Position numbers and translations under genes: made by a program. A stretch of 64,000 nt of DNA from Mobula hypostoma (taxonomy: Eukaryota): contig NC_086108.1 in assembly GCF_963921235.1 (NCBI RefSeq), positions 62,002,001-62,066,000 on the forward strand, written 5' to 3'. Below the pieces are notes generated by a model. That model saw only the letters and a list, made by a program, of their open reading frames with translations. It was not told where the DNA came from and did no database searches. Shown in pieces: positions 12,479-26,689 of the stretch. How positions within the stretch are numbered: position 1 is the stretch's first letter; each line of letters begins with the position of its first letter.

Positions 12479-13609
12479 GTCTATACCATCAACATAAGCA
12501 AAGTTCCATCTTGGAGCCACAGTTTCATCCCTGAAGTAAAACAAACAGTTAATATTTTCCATTATAATTCAGGAAGCTGATTTTTACTAAAAAGTTTGTC
12601 AATTATTTGACTATTGTGTTCATACAATAAAAAAATACACTCATTATTTACAATCTGATGGCTTATGCATGTGGATGCAGTTAACCTTTGACAAGTGTAT
12701 TGTTTAACGAGATACCTAGAACAATGTCAAATGATAAATGTATATGGACAGCATTTCCCAAGGGCAACTTTAACAGTATGTTCTCCACCTCAAACCAAGG
12801 GCTTTTAAAATTATTCTAGTGTAAATACACTGATTGTATAATTTATCTAAGGCTGAAGTATGAGGAAGAATCAAAATTCCATTCTCAAATGTGTGTTTCA
12901 CATAGTGCAGCCTCAGCATGTCAGGCTGGCAGCCAGTTTCAATATTATTTCTCTTGTTCGATTATCTAAGTAGTTTAAAACTCTGGAGCTCCAGGAAAAC
13001 TGGAATCTATCCAGTGAGGACGTGTACAGATGAAGTGCAGTGACTGTAACTGCCTAACCCATGAGTAACTTACAATTCAGGTTGTAGCATTCAAAGTATA
13101 ACAAAGCCATTGGGGTACACATTACTCAGGGCAACTATATTCTTGAATGATTAAGATAACTAACTGGCCCACCCTGTACTGTTGATGTTCCTGTGTCTTC
13201 ACTAAAGACTTGTTCATTAAATCCAACTCTAGGACATGCTCTATGGAGCAGATCTGATGGAAAAAGTACGTTACTGCTTAAACCTATTAATATATATTAA
13301 AATGGAATTCCCCCAAGCCAATGAGAGTAACTGAGATGGAGTTGACTTGACATTGATGTCACTTTTGTAGTCCTGATTTTTAGTTTACACCCTCTTGCTC
13401 TACATTTTCTACCAAAAGGAAAATTTTCCTTTGATCAAACCTCAATCAACCCACTTATTTTATTTGTAAGACATATCCAGTTTATCTAATTAACCCTCAT
13501 AATTTACCCAATATTATTCTGGTAAACCGCTATATCCTTTCCAAGAGCAGTGGGTAGTTCAATGCGGAGGGTTCTAAGTATGATCCAGACTTGGGGTAAG
13601 GGTGGGGTG

Positions 13610-14300
13610 GGGCAGAAACACAATCCTGGAAATATTCAGCAGAGTACAGAGAGAGAGGGAGGGAGAAGCAGGGTACTCTTGAAGGTTGTTTAGGATGAGT
13701 TTATTTTATCTTATATTGTCAGGTTATTCCTGTTCTCCAAGTTTACAGTAAGCTTCTTTGGAATGGTGCAAAAGACCAAAAATAAAGATCAGGGTGGGAA
13801 TGGCATGGAAGCTCAGGGTTATCTGGGTGTTCTTCAGAGTGGTCACCCAATGACTATTTTTTTTCTCCGATGTAGAGGACTATCAGACACAATACACCAA
13901 ATTACAATAAGTGAATAACTATTTTATCTTGAAGGAGTGCTTAGGTCCACAGATAGGCAACGGTGAGATGGAAGAGTGAACAAGGAAGATGCAGAGGAAT
14001 CAATCCTTTAAGGATGCTGGAGTAGGAAGGGAGATGAAGAAATGTATGGATCATGTTGAAAATGGAAGAAGTCAAATAGAAAAAAGCATTGAATGTGAAG
14101 GACTCTTGGGAGGAAGATGAGGATAAGGAAAATCCTTTTTCTCCTCTATCCAGCTGGAAATGGGGTAAGAACAGAAGTACAGTAAACGGAAGAGCTGTGG
14201 TTTAAAGCTATCGTAGGAGGGAAGACATGGTTAAGGATGGGTATCTCAGAGGCACTACAGACAGGATATTGCCATTAGATCAAATATGATAGAGCTAAAG
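13610..14300 (-). mobile_element. Highly degenerate Penelope-like fragment
   Basis: Purine-rich plus strand with scattered similarity to 27500-28700 (for example gtggtcacccaat..tctccgatgtagaggac). Confidence 0.5.
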
Positions 14301-14699
14301 AGATTGGATCTATGATGCTGACTGAGTTTTATTTGGTTTTAGTAAACATAACACAGACCTCATCAGCAGATTTGACAACTATGTTATCTTTAGTCTTTTT
14401 GATGATCTAACTTGCTTCCAGTATAGCTGTGGAGAAACTCTTTACTCTTTTAACCTTTTTGTTTATGCCTTAGTACATTTTAGTGACATTCCTGACATCT
14501 AAAAAGTTGGTCACTGTTGAAGTCCAGTTCAAATATCCCTGAGCTGTTGCAATGCCTCATAGGATCTATCTCACCAGCATATATACTGGTGTGAGAGCTT
14601 GCCTTTGATTATTATTTTTTTCCTCCAAAAATACTTTATTCAGAAATATTACAAAATAAAGTTATTTACATAGAGAAAAAACATTCGTTGACTCTGAGT

Positions 14700-16650
14700 A
14701 TAGTGGACAGTGAAGAAGGCTATCAAAGCATACAGCAAGATTTGGACCAGCTGGAGAAATAGGCCGAGAAATGGCAGATAAAATGTAGTACAGAAAAGTG
14801 TGAGGTTTGCACTTTGGGAGGACAGACTAGGGTAGCACTTACACAATGAACGGTAGAGGGATCTGGGAATACAGGTCCATATTTTTTTAAAGTGACGTCT
14901 CAGGTAGGAAGGGTTGTAGAGAGAGCTTTTGGCACATTTACTTTTATTAATCAAAGAACTGAGTACAGGAGTCAGGATGGTATGACAAAGTTGTATTGGT
15001 GAGGCCTAATTTGGAGTAATAAGATTTAAACGTAATGAATTTGAAGCCTCAGTTGTAGTATCTTTCTTCAAAGGTTCATTTATTATCAAATTATACATCT
15101 TAAAATTCTTCTCTGGGTAGCCATGAAACCAAGAAAGAAAAGAAAGGTAGCACAATCAACTCCCAATTCCCCCCCTCACTGCACAAAAATACAAACAAAA
15201 TGCAACAGTCACATCAACCTGCAAATCCCTCATCCCACACAAACAAATGAATGAAACAGAACAGGCACATCAACCCTCAAACCCCTCTCCCCACACAAAA
15301 AAATGGACAAAAACAGAACAGGCACATCAATCACTAAATCCCTCCTCCTACACAAAAAAATGAGCAAAACAGAACAGGCATATTGACCCCCCCAAATCAC
15401 CCTCCCTGCACAAAAAAAAACAAAGATTGGACGAACAACATCAGAATATTAAAAACTATAAGACTGAAAAAAATCTATAGTCCAAGTCCACATCCAAAAC
15501 GCAGAAAACTTGGGCAACACTCTCTGGCAGGCCTTTCCCTCTCTGCAGCAGAGTGATCAAAGACAGGCAGCTGGCACTCACCCTCCACATTCGCCTCAAT
15601 GCTTCAATCTCTGTTGTCGCTCTAATTGGCGAAATGGAATCAGGGATTGACTTGCACCCCATCCCGCAGCCTGCCCACTGCGAGGTTCTCGCATGGTGCC
15701 TCTGTCTCCCAGAATCCTCTCGGAGACCGCAGAATGGTGAGGCACCAAACAATCCCCAGGCTTTTGCATTCGCCTCAGTGTTTCAATCTCCCGCATCACT
15801 TTAATCAGTGAACAATGGAAGCGTTAATTGGCGAAATGCAGTCAGACATCGGCTCACGTTCTGTCCTGCCGCCTGCCCACACTCGCTACCTCTGCCCCCT
15901 GAAATCCTCTCAGAGACGGCAGAGCACTGAAACACCCAAACAATCTCCAAACGGCAAATCAAAGGCTTCAACAGTTCCAGAAACACATCCAAGACGAAAA
16001 CTAAATATAAAAGACATAAAAGAAGTGAAATATATGGTTTCATGATCTATCCAGAAGATGTTGACCGAAGGAGCATTGTACCCAGGTGCAAAGGTCATTG
16101 TTTCAGTGCAGAATTGTGTGCAGTTCTGGTCACCTATCTATAGGAAAGATATCAACAAGATTGAAAGAATGCAGAGAAAATTTACAAGGATTTTGCTAAG
16201 ACTTGAGGACCTGAGTTATTAGGAAAGATTGAATAGGTTAGGTCTAGAGCATGGGAGAATGAGGGAATATGTGATAGAGGTATACAAAATTATGAGGGAG
16301 TATAGATAGGATAGATGAGTACAGGTATTTTGCACAGAGGCTGTGTGAGACTAGAAATAGAGGTCAGTGTTAAGGGTGAAAGGTGAAATGTTTAAGGGGA
16401 ACATGAGGGGGAACATCTTCACTCAGAGGGTGGTGAGAGTGTGAAATGAGCTGTTAGCAGAAGTGGTAGATTTGGGTTTGATTTCAACATTTAAGAAAAA
16501 TTTGGTTAGGGACATGGATGGTAGGGGTATAGAGGGGTACAGTCTAGGTGCAAGTCGATAGGACTAGCATGATTAATAGTTCAGCATGGAGTAGATGGAC
16601 TGAAGGGCCTGGTTCTGTGCGGTGGTGTTTTATGGCTCTATGATTCTAAA
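14700..16650 (+). mobile_element. CR1 3' fragment split by a ~1.1-kb insertion (about 15020-16110)
   Basis: gaggcctaatttggagta at about 15018 resumes as ttgtgtgcagttctggtcacc at about 16114. Tail ctctatgattcta. Confidence 0.8.
15069..16090 (-). mobile_element. Non-coding ~1-kb candidate non-autonomous retroelement with internal repeats
   Basis: Minus-strand 3' end AATAAATGAACCTTTGA. About 5 diverged ~58-bp tandem units (15150-15425) and a ~180-bp diverged duplication (15588-15945). Interrupts a CR1. Confidence 0.6.
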
Positions 16651-19600
16651 TTTACAAAATACTAAACAATTCTTCTCTATTTGTCAGATGTGTCAACTGT
16701 TTCACAGTGGAGAATGAAATATGCAAATAAATAGTGGTCAGTCGAAAGCAGTTTTAACCGCCACTGTCTAAATCTGCCCAGTGTAGTTGTATGTATTCAG
16801 ATCTCAAATATTTGGTTAAAATTTTCCAAATGATCCTGTCCTTGCTAAGTGTCCATACAGACATCACCTGCTAGTGGAGTTACCGGGGAGTCACAAGTTG
16901 TAGAAACTCTGGCTAATTTTCTCTGTCAAATATTGATGAAACTATAATGCTCTACCTCTTCAAATGTTGAAAGAATTTGGCTTCAAGCCTTGATACTGGC
17001 TCCACAAAACAATCAATGTGTAACTCTAACCCCAAAGCCCCTGTTGTGAGGCTGTACAGGACATGGGGGGGGGGAAGGAGGAGGAGTAGAACTCTTTATG
17101 TCCCCATTTGAAATGCCATGGATTCGTAAAGGAAGATGTAGTGTGACCTACTTGTTAGGTTTCTGGTGACGCCTGTCACACTTTAGTAAATGTTGAAGTT
17201 TAAAGGCCAGCATTCAGAAAGCAATCCATGTGAGTACAATCAGTAGTGTTTAGGGATGCTGGATTTGGGAGAAAGCAGTAATGGTCTTTGATGCATGGGC
17301 TGCTTGTACCAGTAAAACATTCAAGTTGCTAGATACATATAGTAATCATTTTATCAGATTGCATCATAAGTGAGCCGTTTACAGTGATGGCAGACCAGAT
17401 GGTTTACACTCTCCTGTGGCTGAACTGCTCGGCATGTCAGCTGCAAAGCCCAACTCACTCCTGGAGTCAGAGAAGACAAGGTTCTGGGACAGGCCACAAT
17501 TAAGTCACTGCTGATCACTTAAAAATCAGTATGAAGTGTCAGTTAGGCCATAACTATCAGTGCAAGTATTTTAATTCCTAATGTTCATTTGGTCATGGTA
17601 AATGGCCAAGTTGTAGTTGTGAGACACCTCTACAACTGCTGTTATTTCAGGTGGGAATCTGCTGGAAGAAGATTACTGTGTTAATTGCACAGTTGTGAAC
17701 CATATCTTTATGTATAGTGGCCAGCACTTAGTTGGAATACCACAAAATTAAGAGTGGAGTCTGTTGTCACTGGTGTAGAATTTTGCTGCTAAGTGAGGTA
17801 GAAACTGAGTTACCGGTTGATTGAAAAAGTAAGCTGGTTCTTACCAGACTGAGCACTTTATTGCTCCCTTGAAAGTTCTGTTTAATATGGATTGTAAGGA
17901 AGTGTAATTGATAAGTCATTTAAGCCTTCTTTATATTTCCTAAAGATACAGCAAAGGTTAATTATTGTTTCAGAGCACTGGGCATGAGGGGCTACTGATA
18001 ATGATGCTGACGAGCTTAAATAATGCAACATTTTGAATATAAAGTTAGATTTTATTTTATTTCCCGCCTATCTAGTTTTCAAGGAGGTAAGCACAGTTGC
18101 TATATTTTCCATCAGAATCATACTCGGCTATTTTGATTCAGGCTTGTTAAAGGTAGATTTCAGCCTCTGTTGTCATTGCAATCTATTAAAAGTGGTCCAT
18201 TATCACGGCAGTTACAGTTTACCACCAGGTAAGTAGTCATTCAGCTGTAGCTATGTACTTCGTGAAGCATGAAATTAGCGAGTGCTGTCTCCAGGAGAAC
18301 ATTATAGTCGCAATGTAGAATCTCAGCTACGTACTCAAGTCAAGTAGTTTTCACAAATACATATTTTGGTTTTGTCAACCTTATCGATATTATGGGTAAA
18401 AATTGTTTTTCCTCAGTTAAAAATACTTATTTCATTATATTAACAATTCTTGCATTTTTCTCCATAAAACATCACATTATCTGGTCAGACATTGATATAA
18501 GCACAAAAACAAAACTGCCCACCAAAGTCACCATATTCAACACCACAATAGCTGAGCCTCAGTACAAGTACAGAAAATAGTCTCTCACCTTCCTAGGAAA
18601 CAAAAGTTATCAGATATCTGGTGTCTGACATCATTTAAAGGACAAATTTTGTTTGGTTCTAATGGTTTAACAGACTTTTAGAGATAGTTTTGGAGAAGGG
18701 CTGCAGTTCTTCATGATTTATTTAATATTTATTGAATTGAAGAATAGTGAAGAGCTCTTGGGCAAGTTGTAGAAATGCTGAAAATGTATGCCTCAGCTGT
18801 TGGGAATTACTTCAGTGCATGTTACAAGAAAACAGTGCTCTCTGTGTCTTGTCTGCGAATGCCAGTGCTCTCAATGCTGAACAATGTTCCTTTCTCCTTT
18901 ACTCCCTTGGTGTTAACAGAATCCTTCTTTTATCAAACCTTGATCCTCTGGGAAATAAGTAAACAAGTAAGTAAATGAACAAAAGCACTTTGGATCCAGT
19001 GGACATAATTCCATGAGTTTTGAGACGGGCGTGAGAAAAGAAAGGCTTGGTCCTCAATTTAGTCTGAAATTGGAGAAAGGCAAATTCCAATAGAATCAGA
19101 AAGGAACTCTCAAGAATTGATTAGGCGAAGCCAATTGTAGGTAAAGGGACATCTGGCAAGTCAGAGGTTTGTGGGAGGGGGAGGGGTAGTTTTAGAAGCG
19201 GGTAGAGAGTTCAGGGCCAGCATGTTCCTGTTAGAGTGAAGGGTAAGACTGGCAGAACAGGGAACATTGATTGATAAGAGATATTGAGGCTCTGGGTGGC
19301 GGTGGGGTGGAGAAGAGGACACTTGTCATTTATAAGCAGCTAGGATCAAGTGATCCTTTGATGAGTATAAGGGATGTAGAAGTATCCTTTACGAAGGAAA
19401 CTAGGAGAATAGAAAAAGAGGCGATGAGTTAACTTTGGCAGATAAGACAAAGAAACCTGAAAGATTCTATGATATATTAGAGTAAAGTGGTAACTATTGA
19501 GAGAGTAGGTTATTTAAGAATTAAGTATCTAGGTAATAAGGTGTTTCTTTCATACTCAGCTACTGTAGGGATATTGATACATTGTTGCTCTAATGTTTGC

Positions 19601-20283
19601 ATGTTAACAGTACTCATTTATTGACTCCTAGGCTTTTCTATATAGCTTGGGATAAAATTCTTCCCTGTGTAGAGCATCGGGGATTATTTTATGCATATTT
19701 AATGAAATACAGAATATCCATTTGAACAAGCAGCAAAAATAGTTTATTTAACTATATCTTTCTGTATATAGGATATTATAGTCACACATCTGAGTAGATG
19801 CAATTTAATAACAAATGTAGTGTGACCTGAATCAGTATGGCTGGCAGTCAAAATGGTGACCATACACTTGCACGTAAGATCGAATCATTGCATTTTCCCT
19901 CACAGATTTTGAAGGAATGATATTTCAGGAAAAGTAAGGTCAGGAGATAATAGGAAGAAACTAACTGACAATGTTTCGAAAAGTTCTTAAAAGATACTAG
20001 CTAATACCCAAGTTAAACTGATGCCATTATGATAAAGGCAAATATTGTTTACACATTAGGATCATTCTGATTTATAGCTGATATCCATCTTAAATTGTGT
20101 TTTTATTTTGAACATCTGCATTAGAAACAAAAATACTAGCTGTAAACTGAATTAGCAATGTAGAATGTAGAAATCAGTGTGGTAGATGCCAAAACGTGCA
20201 TGGTGAATAGATCTGGTGAAAATTACTTATGCTAGTAGGAAAAAATAGATACAGTTGTGCCTACGTCATGACCCAGGATGTTT

Positions 20284-20610
20284 TTAACCTACGCCAAGAT
20301 CAATCAAACCTTTTCCTCCTGCGTGGCCCTCCATTTTCTGACAGTCATCCAGTAAGTGATTCTTAAATGCCCCTAATGTATCTGCTTCTACCACAACCCC
20401 TGGCAAGGCATTCACACACTCACAATTCTCTGTGTAAATAACTTGCCACTGACATTCCCCCCTCCATACTTTAATCATCTTAAAATCATGCCCCCTTGTA
20501 TTAGCCATTTTCACCCTCAGAAAATGTCTCTGGTTATCCACTCTATCTATGCCTCTTATCATCTAGTACACTTTTATCAAGTCACTTTTCATCCTCCTTC
20601 ATTCAAAATA
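20284..20610 (-). mobile_element. CR1 3' fragment
   Basis: IRGIDRVDNQRHF..ANTRGHDFK remnant. Confidence 0.75.
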
Positions 20611-21544
20611 GAAACTTTTTCCAGATTTTTATGAGCTGTTTAACTTTGCTGTGATTCATGCCATTTAAAATGTAGCTACTTATCACTTAGAAAGGTCAAA
20701 CTAATGCCCCTTTGACTCTCCAACTGCATGTAATGAGCTGAGTAACATAGGCAGACCCCAATTAAGTATAATATAGCTTCATCCTTCCTTTCATATAGCT
20801 TGTCAGGCTAACTGATATCCCAAGTCATCCAAAATATAGCAGTCATGAATTCTATTCCAATAAAAATGATCAGAAAATGTGTAAGAAAGAGTGATCTTTT
20901 AATAATCTTCATGTTGTGCCAACACAGCATACTTAACCTTAATCACTGTCCCCCATACAATTTACAAGGAAATTATACTAAATATAATAAGCTTAGATCA
21001 CTTAAAATTAATTCAGCGTTGCCATTGTTATGCCAGGAATGATAATTATTCTTCTTTAGCTGTCAGGTTTATAATCTCAAATGCATGTATTTTTGATTTT
21101 GCAGCCAATTCCATTGATGACAGGATATCTTGGGGGCTTTGATTCAATGCCAGAATCTTGGGGGGGGGGGCGAGGGGGTGCATAAACTGTTCTCTATGTA
21201 AGTACCCTGCCAAACATACCCCAGGAGAGGTAAGTGAAATAATAAAGGGGATGAAGTAGTCATGATTTTAAAGAATGGATACTGCAGTAAGGACTAAGAT
21301 CCTGAGGTCAGAATATCATTTGCACAGTCAGTTTGGGTGAGACTGAGAAAGAAAACATGACAGAAACACTTCACTTTTTCTGTCTGCCCTCAAACAATAA
21401 TGATATAAATCAGGAAACCAAAGAAGCAGTACAATAATTATTGGGGTTTTAATCTGCATACAGACGGGGCAAACCAAATAAGTAGGAATATTATGAAAGG
21501 TATAAATGATTATTGAGAGGTTTAAACAATCTGCTGAATGCTGG

Positions 21545-22598
21545 TAACAGGAAGAAGATATTCGTGAATTTCTGAGTGTGTGCCTTCAGGCTTCTGTACC
21601 TTCGTCCCGACAGTAATAATGAGAAGAGGGCATGTCCTGGGTGGTGGGGATCCTTAATGACGGATGCCACCTTCCTAAGGCACTGCTCCCTGAAGATGTC
21701 TTGGATACCACGGAGGCTAGTACCCATGATGGAGCTGACTAATTTTACGACTTTCTGTAGCTTCTTTTGGTCCTGTGCTGCCGCCCTCCCCCATACCAGA
21801 CAGTGACGCAGCCTGTCAGAATTCTCGCCACGGTACATTTGTAGAAGTTTTTGAGTGTTTTACTTGACAAACCAAATCTACTCAAACTCTTAATGAAATA
21901 TAGCCGCTGGTTTCCATCTTTATAGCTGCGTCAATATGTTGTGTTCAAAGAACTTGACACCCAAGAACTTGAAATTGATTACTCTCTCCACTTCCGATCC
22001 CTCTATGAGGATTGGTTTGAATTCCCTTGTCTTACCCTTCTTGAAGTCTACAATCAGCTCTGTGGTCTTGCTGACGTTGAGTACAAGGTTCTTGCTGCAA
22101 CACCACTCAATTATCTGGTATATCTCGCTCCTGTATGCCCTCTCGTCACTATCTGAAATTCTGCCAACAATGGTTGTATCATCAGCAAATTTATAGATGG
22201 CATTTGAGCTGTGCCTAGCCACACAATCATGTGAGTGGAGAGAGTAGAGCAGTGGGCTATGTACACATCCCTGAGACGTGCCAGTGTTGATTGTCAGTGA
22301 AGTAGAGATGTTATTTTCAATCTGCACAGATTGTGGTCTTCTGGTTAGGAAGTCGAGGATCCAGTTGCAGAGGGAGGTACAGAGGCCCAGGTTCTGTAGC
22401 TTTTTGATCAAGTTTGTAGGAACCATGGTTTTAAATGCTGAGGTATCATCAATAAACAACATCCTGACATAGGTACTTGCATTGTCTAGGTGATACAAGG
22501 CCACATGGACAGCAGTTGAGATCACATCTGCTGTAGACCTATTATGGCGATAGGCAAATTGCGGTGGGTCCAGGTCCTTTCTGGGACAGAAGTTGATG
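21545..22598 (-). mobile_element. Rex1/Babar LINE fragment
   Basis: ORF 21920-22525 has YKFADDTT. Same subfamily as 6461-7741, opposite orientation. Confidence 0.88.
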
Positions 22599-23289
22599 GA
22601 AATCTGGGGTGGATAAAAATAGGCTTATTGTGAATGGGAGGAATCGGGGAAAGCTTACACATTCCATAGAGAGGTTCTACAGAGACTCCTTAAAGAATGG
22701 CACTAGAGTTGAACTCCAAGCTCTGGAATGCCTCAAGCTGTAATACCGTCACACTAACCGCAATGCTACTGTGGCACACAGAATGATTTGAAATTGTCTC
22801 CCTTAGATTTCTAAAGATAGTAAGGTTTTAAAGTCAACGATGATGAAAATGCTAAAGAGCTGAAGAAACCCTGATGCAAGTCTTATAGTCGCAGGGTACA
22901 AAGAGAAGTAAATTATATAGGGATCTGCTGAGGATGGATACGACTGAAACAATTAGCCTTGATCTCATTGGATTCTGAGAGGGGCCTTTTTCCTGCTCCA
23001 GCTTCTAATCTCTGTTCTTTCCTATTGGAAAAAAAATATAGGCTTCATAGTAGAAGCACCTGTGATGACATGAGTTCAGTCAATTGCTATAGGAAAATCA
23101 TGCCACAGTCCCTTTGTTTGACACTGACAGTGCAGGTCCACTCTTGGTGATGACTTGCAGGTTCAGGACCAGCAAAATTCTCAGTTGCCTTATATCCAGC
23201 AGCAGTCCCTGTGGGAAGAGGGACTGAATGTACTAACATTAACAACATTAGACTAGTGTATAGACCATATGAAAGAGGAGTGAAAACAA

Positions 23290-24070
23290 TCATCAGTCAG
23301 GAATCCCTGTGGAAAAACAAAGCCAACCCTCCATATCCAACACATCATTCTCCACAACTTCTGCCATCTTCAGCTGGACCCTACCACCAAATTCATCGTT
23401 ACTTCTACCCCACTCTGCACCTTGCAGAAGGATCAGTCCCTCCATGGTTCCCTTGTCCATTCGTCCCTCCTCACTAATCTCCCTCCTGGCAATTATCTTT
23501 GCAAGACATTGAAGTTCTACACCCGACCATTCACCCTCCTCCCTCGTCTCCATTGAGGGCACAAAACAGTCCTTCCAGGTGAGGCAATAACTCATTTGCA
23601 AATCTGCTGAGATCTACAATATACAGTGCTCCCAGTGTGGCCGCTTTTACACTGGTGAGGCGTGATGTAGATTGAAGTACTACTGGTCGAACATCCCAGC
23701 TCCATGCACAAGAAACGGAATTTCCAAGTGACCAACCACTTGAGTTCCTATCCTCATTCCCTTTCCAACACATCGGTCCAAGGCCTCCTCTTCTTCCACG
23801 ATGAGGCCACTTTCAGGTTGGAGGAGCAACACCTCATATTTCATCTGGATAGCCTCCAACTTGATGGCATGAACATCAATTTCTCCTGCTTCTGGTAATT
23901 TTTCTGCTCCCCCCTCCCTCTCTTTCATTTTCTCACTCTGGCCTCTTACCTCTTCTCCTTACCTGCCTATCACCTCCTCCTTACCTTTCTCCCATTATCC
24001 AATCTCCTCTCCTATCAGATTCCTTCTTCTCCAGCCCTTTGCCTTTTCCATTTATCACCTCTCAGCTTTT
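23290..24070 (+). mobile_element. Degenerate Penelope-like 3' fragment (GIY-YIG end)
   Basis: Similar to the reverse complement of 27700-28480. Encodes VQGLLFFHDEATFRLEEQHLIFHLDSLQLDGMNINFS. Confidence 0.85.
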
Positions 24071-24084
24071 CACCTCATGCTCCC

Positions 24085-25335
24085 TAGAATGTTTGATTCT
24101 AGCTTCCTAACTACCTTTTTCTTCTGAACTAAATTCATCACCTCAACATCCGAAGTTCTCCAACTTTGCCATCCTTGCCCTTCCTCCTGACTGGAACATA
24201 CCTGTCCTGTATTTTGTGCAGTTGGTCTTTCAACACCCTTCACATGCTGGATGTGGACTTGCTGAAAAACAGCTGTTCCTAATTAACTTTCTCGAGTTCT
24301 CGCCTAACGCTTTTGTAATTTGCTCTGCTCCAAATTAATACTCTTCCGCAATATCCATACCTACCCTTTCTGTAGGTACCTTAAGACCTGAGGAGTTGTG
24401 CTCACTGTCTCCTAAATATTCACCCACAATGTTTGGTCACATGGCGAGGTTCATTACCTAACACCAGGTCCAGTACAGCTCCTCCTGTTGTTGATTTTTA
24501 AAAAATGGATGCACCTAACGAATACTGCCCCATCTAAACCTCTTGTACTCAGAAGATTTCAGTTTATATTCGGGAAGTTGCTGCCCCCCATCACATCAAC
24601 TCAAAGGTGTTTTTACACCTTTCCTTAATCTGCCTGCATATCTGTTCCTCAATGTCCTGCTGGCTATTTTGTGGTCTGTAGTACAATCCCATCAGGGTGA
24701 GTGTGCCCTTCCTATTTTTGAGTGTCCATATCCTTCCATTTTTTCTCTTATTCACGTGCCTATCTAAAACTCTTTTAAAAGGTCCTATCGTACCTGCCTA
24801 TGCCACCACCTTGGGCTTCACATGCCAAGCAAACATCACTCTCCAGTATAAAAAAAACTTGCCCCTCACATCTCCTTTAAACTTACCCCCTCTCACCTGA
24901 AAGCCATGCCCTCTCTTATTGGCACATTTCAACCCTGGGAAAAGGTACTGTCCATATACTCTATCTATGCATCTTACAATCTTATAAACCTCTATCAGAT
25001 CTTCCCTCAGCTTCCACTGCTCCAGAAAAAACACCCCAAGACTCTCCAACCTCTTGCTATAGCACATGCCCTCTAATCCATACAGTATCCTGGTAAATCT
25101 CTTCTGCATCCTCTCCAAAGCCTTGAAAACCTTCCTACAATGGGGTGACCAGAACTGTATCCAATACTCCAGTTGAGGCCAAACTCGAGTCTTATAAAGT
25201 TGCAACGTAACTCCCTGACTTTTGAACTCAACGCCTCAATTAATAAAGGCAAGCATACCACATGCTTCTTAACCACTCTATCAAAGTGCGTAGCCACTTT
25301 CAGGGAGCTATGGTCCCTCTGCTCATCAACACTGT
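24085..25335 (-). mobile_element. CR1 fragments
   Basis: ORF 24798-25205 LYKTRVWPQLEYWIQFWSPH..LERMQKRFTR, adjacent to a degenerate EN-region fragment. Confidence 0.8.
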
Positions 25336-25754
25336 TAAGGGTCTTGCTCCTTTTTAATATCTTTTATTTCCGTTGACAGCCGTTGTTTATGTGTAGCCAC
25401 TACTGATCTGTTAGACCTTGTATTTTCTCTAACCAGCACTCACCTTGGGGCTTTAGATTCCTTTGTTTAGGTTTAAGATCCTTGCTTCAGATTGCAATTT
25501 CACTTTAGAATTTCATGTAAGAATTCTATAATATTGTGGTCACTCTATCCTTGAAGTCCTTTTACAACAAGTCATCAATTAATCATTCCACATTGCACAA
25601 AACAAGATCTGAAATGGATCTCTCCAAGTTATTACTTCAACATATTGGCATGTTTGTTGAGCCAGGAGTAGAAGGTGTTGGGTCGAAGAGAAAGCTATTC
25701 GGGTGAGAGCGGGGTTTTACTTTAAAAGTAGGGATTGTTGAATGAAGGGCGGCC

Positions 25755-26490
25755 GAGATGGCACATGGCCACAGCTGCAGTGGTAGGGATCAATCCTGAT
25801 GCAGGTGCTGTCAGTGCTGAGTTTTGTATGTTCTCCCTGTGATAGCCTGCACATCAGAGAATTTCAAGCATCCTTATGAAGAAAAGTTGCGATAACTAGG
25901 CCTTTTCTCTTTGAAGTGAATAGGCAACTTGCGAAAAGTGTACAAAATTATAAGAGGAATAACAGAGTGGACAACCAGAGCCTTTTCCCCAGTGCGGCAA
26001 TGGCCAATACCAGAGGACATCCTTTTAAAGTGAGTGGAAGAAAGTATAGGGAGATAGGTTTTTTTAAACACAGTGATTGGAACGCATTGCCAAGGGTAAT
26101 GGATGAGACTCTTAGATAGACACATAGGTGAAAGGAAATGAAGGGTTATGGGACTGTAGGGGCGTGAGGCTAGATTGGAGTAGGTCAGCATAATCTTGTA
26201 GGCCAAAGGGCCCACTCTGTGTTGTACTGTTCTATGTTCTATATTCCTGTGGCTGTTCTGCTTTCCTCCCAAACTCAGACATCATGTTGTCAGAATAATT
26301 GACTATTGTAAATGACTCCATTGTGTAGAGAAGTGGCAAAGGAAACAAGAGGGACGTGGGCAGGCGAGGGAGTGTAAAGTTGCAAGACTGCAGAGAAATA
26401 AGTAGTGAGGGAATGGGATTCAATGGGTTGTTCTCCTGTGACCTGCTGTAGACCAGAAGGGCCAAATGGCTTCCTCCTATGTTGTAATAT
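25755..26490 (+). mobile_element. V-SINE split by a CR1 3' fragment (about 25870-26240)
   Basis: Head ends ttctccctgtga; body resumes ttctgctttcctcccaaactcagac after the CR1 tail ttctatgttcta. Confidence 0.65.
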
Positions 26491-26689
26491 GCATGTCAAG
26501 ACTTCTGCATCAGTATTAATTGGCTCATTGTAGTTGTAAAGGGCATGGGGAGACAGCAGACCCTAGAGACCTCAAGATGGAACAGCTACCACGTTGCAAC
26601 TTCAACATCAGAGGGATTGGCGGCAGGAGGCAAAGCCAGTGATCTTTGGTGCACCAGGGGAACAGAGGTGGCACCCTTACTATATGTTA

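Noticed and set aside
15150..15425. Repeat-spacer-like periodicity (CRISPR-like)
   Set aside because: These are diverged tandem units without unique spacers, in a eukaryotic TE context with no cas genes.
23087..23293. 68-aa minus-strand ORF with a signal-peptide-like stretch (LMLLMLVHSVPLP)
   Set aside because: No recognisable family, and its start abuts a PLE remnant. Short ORFs like this arise by chance.
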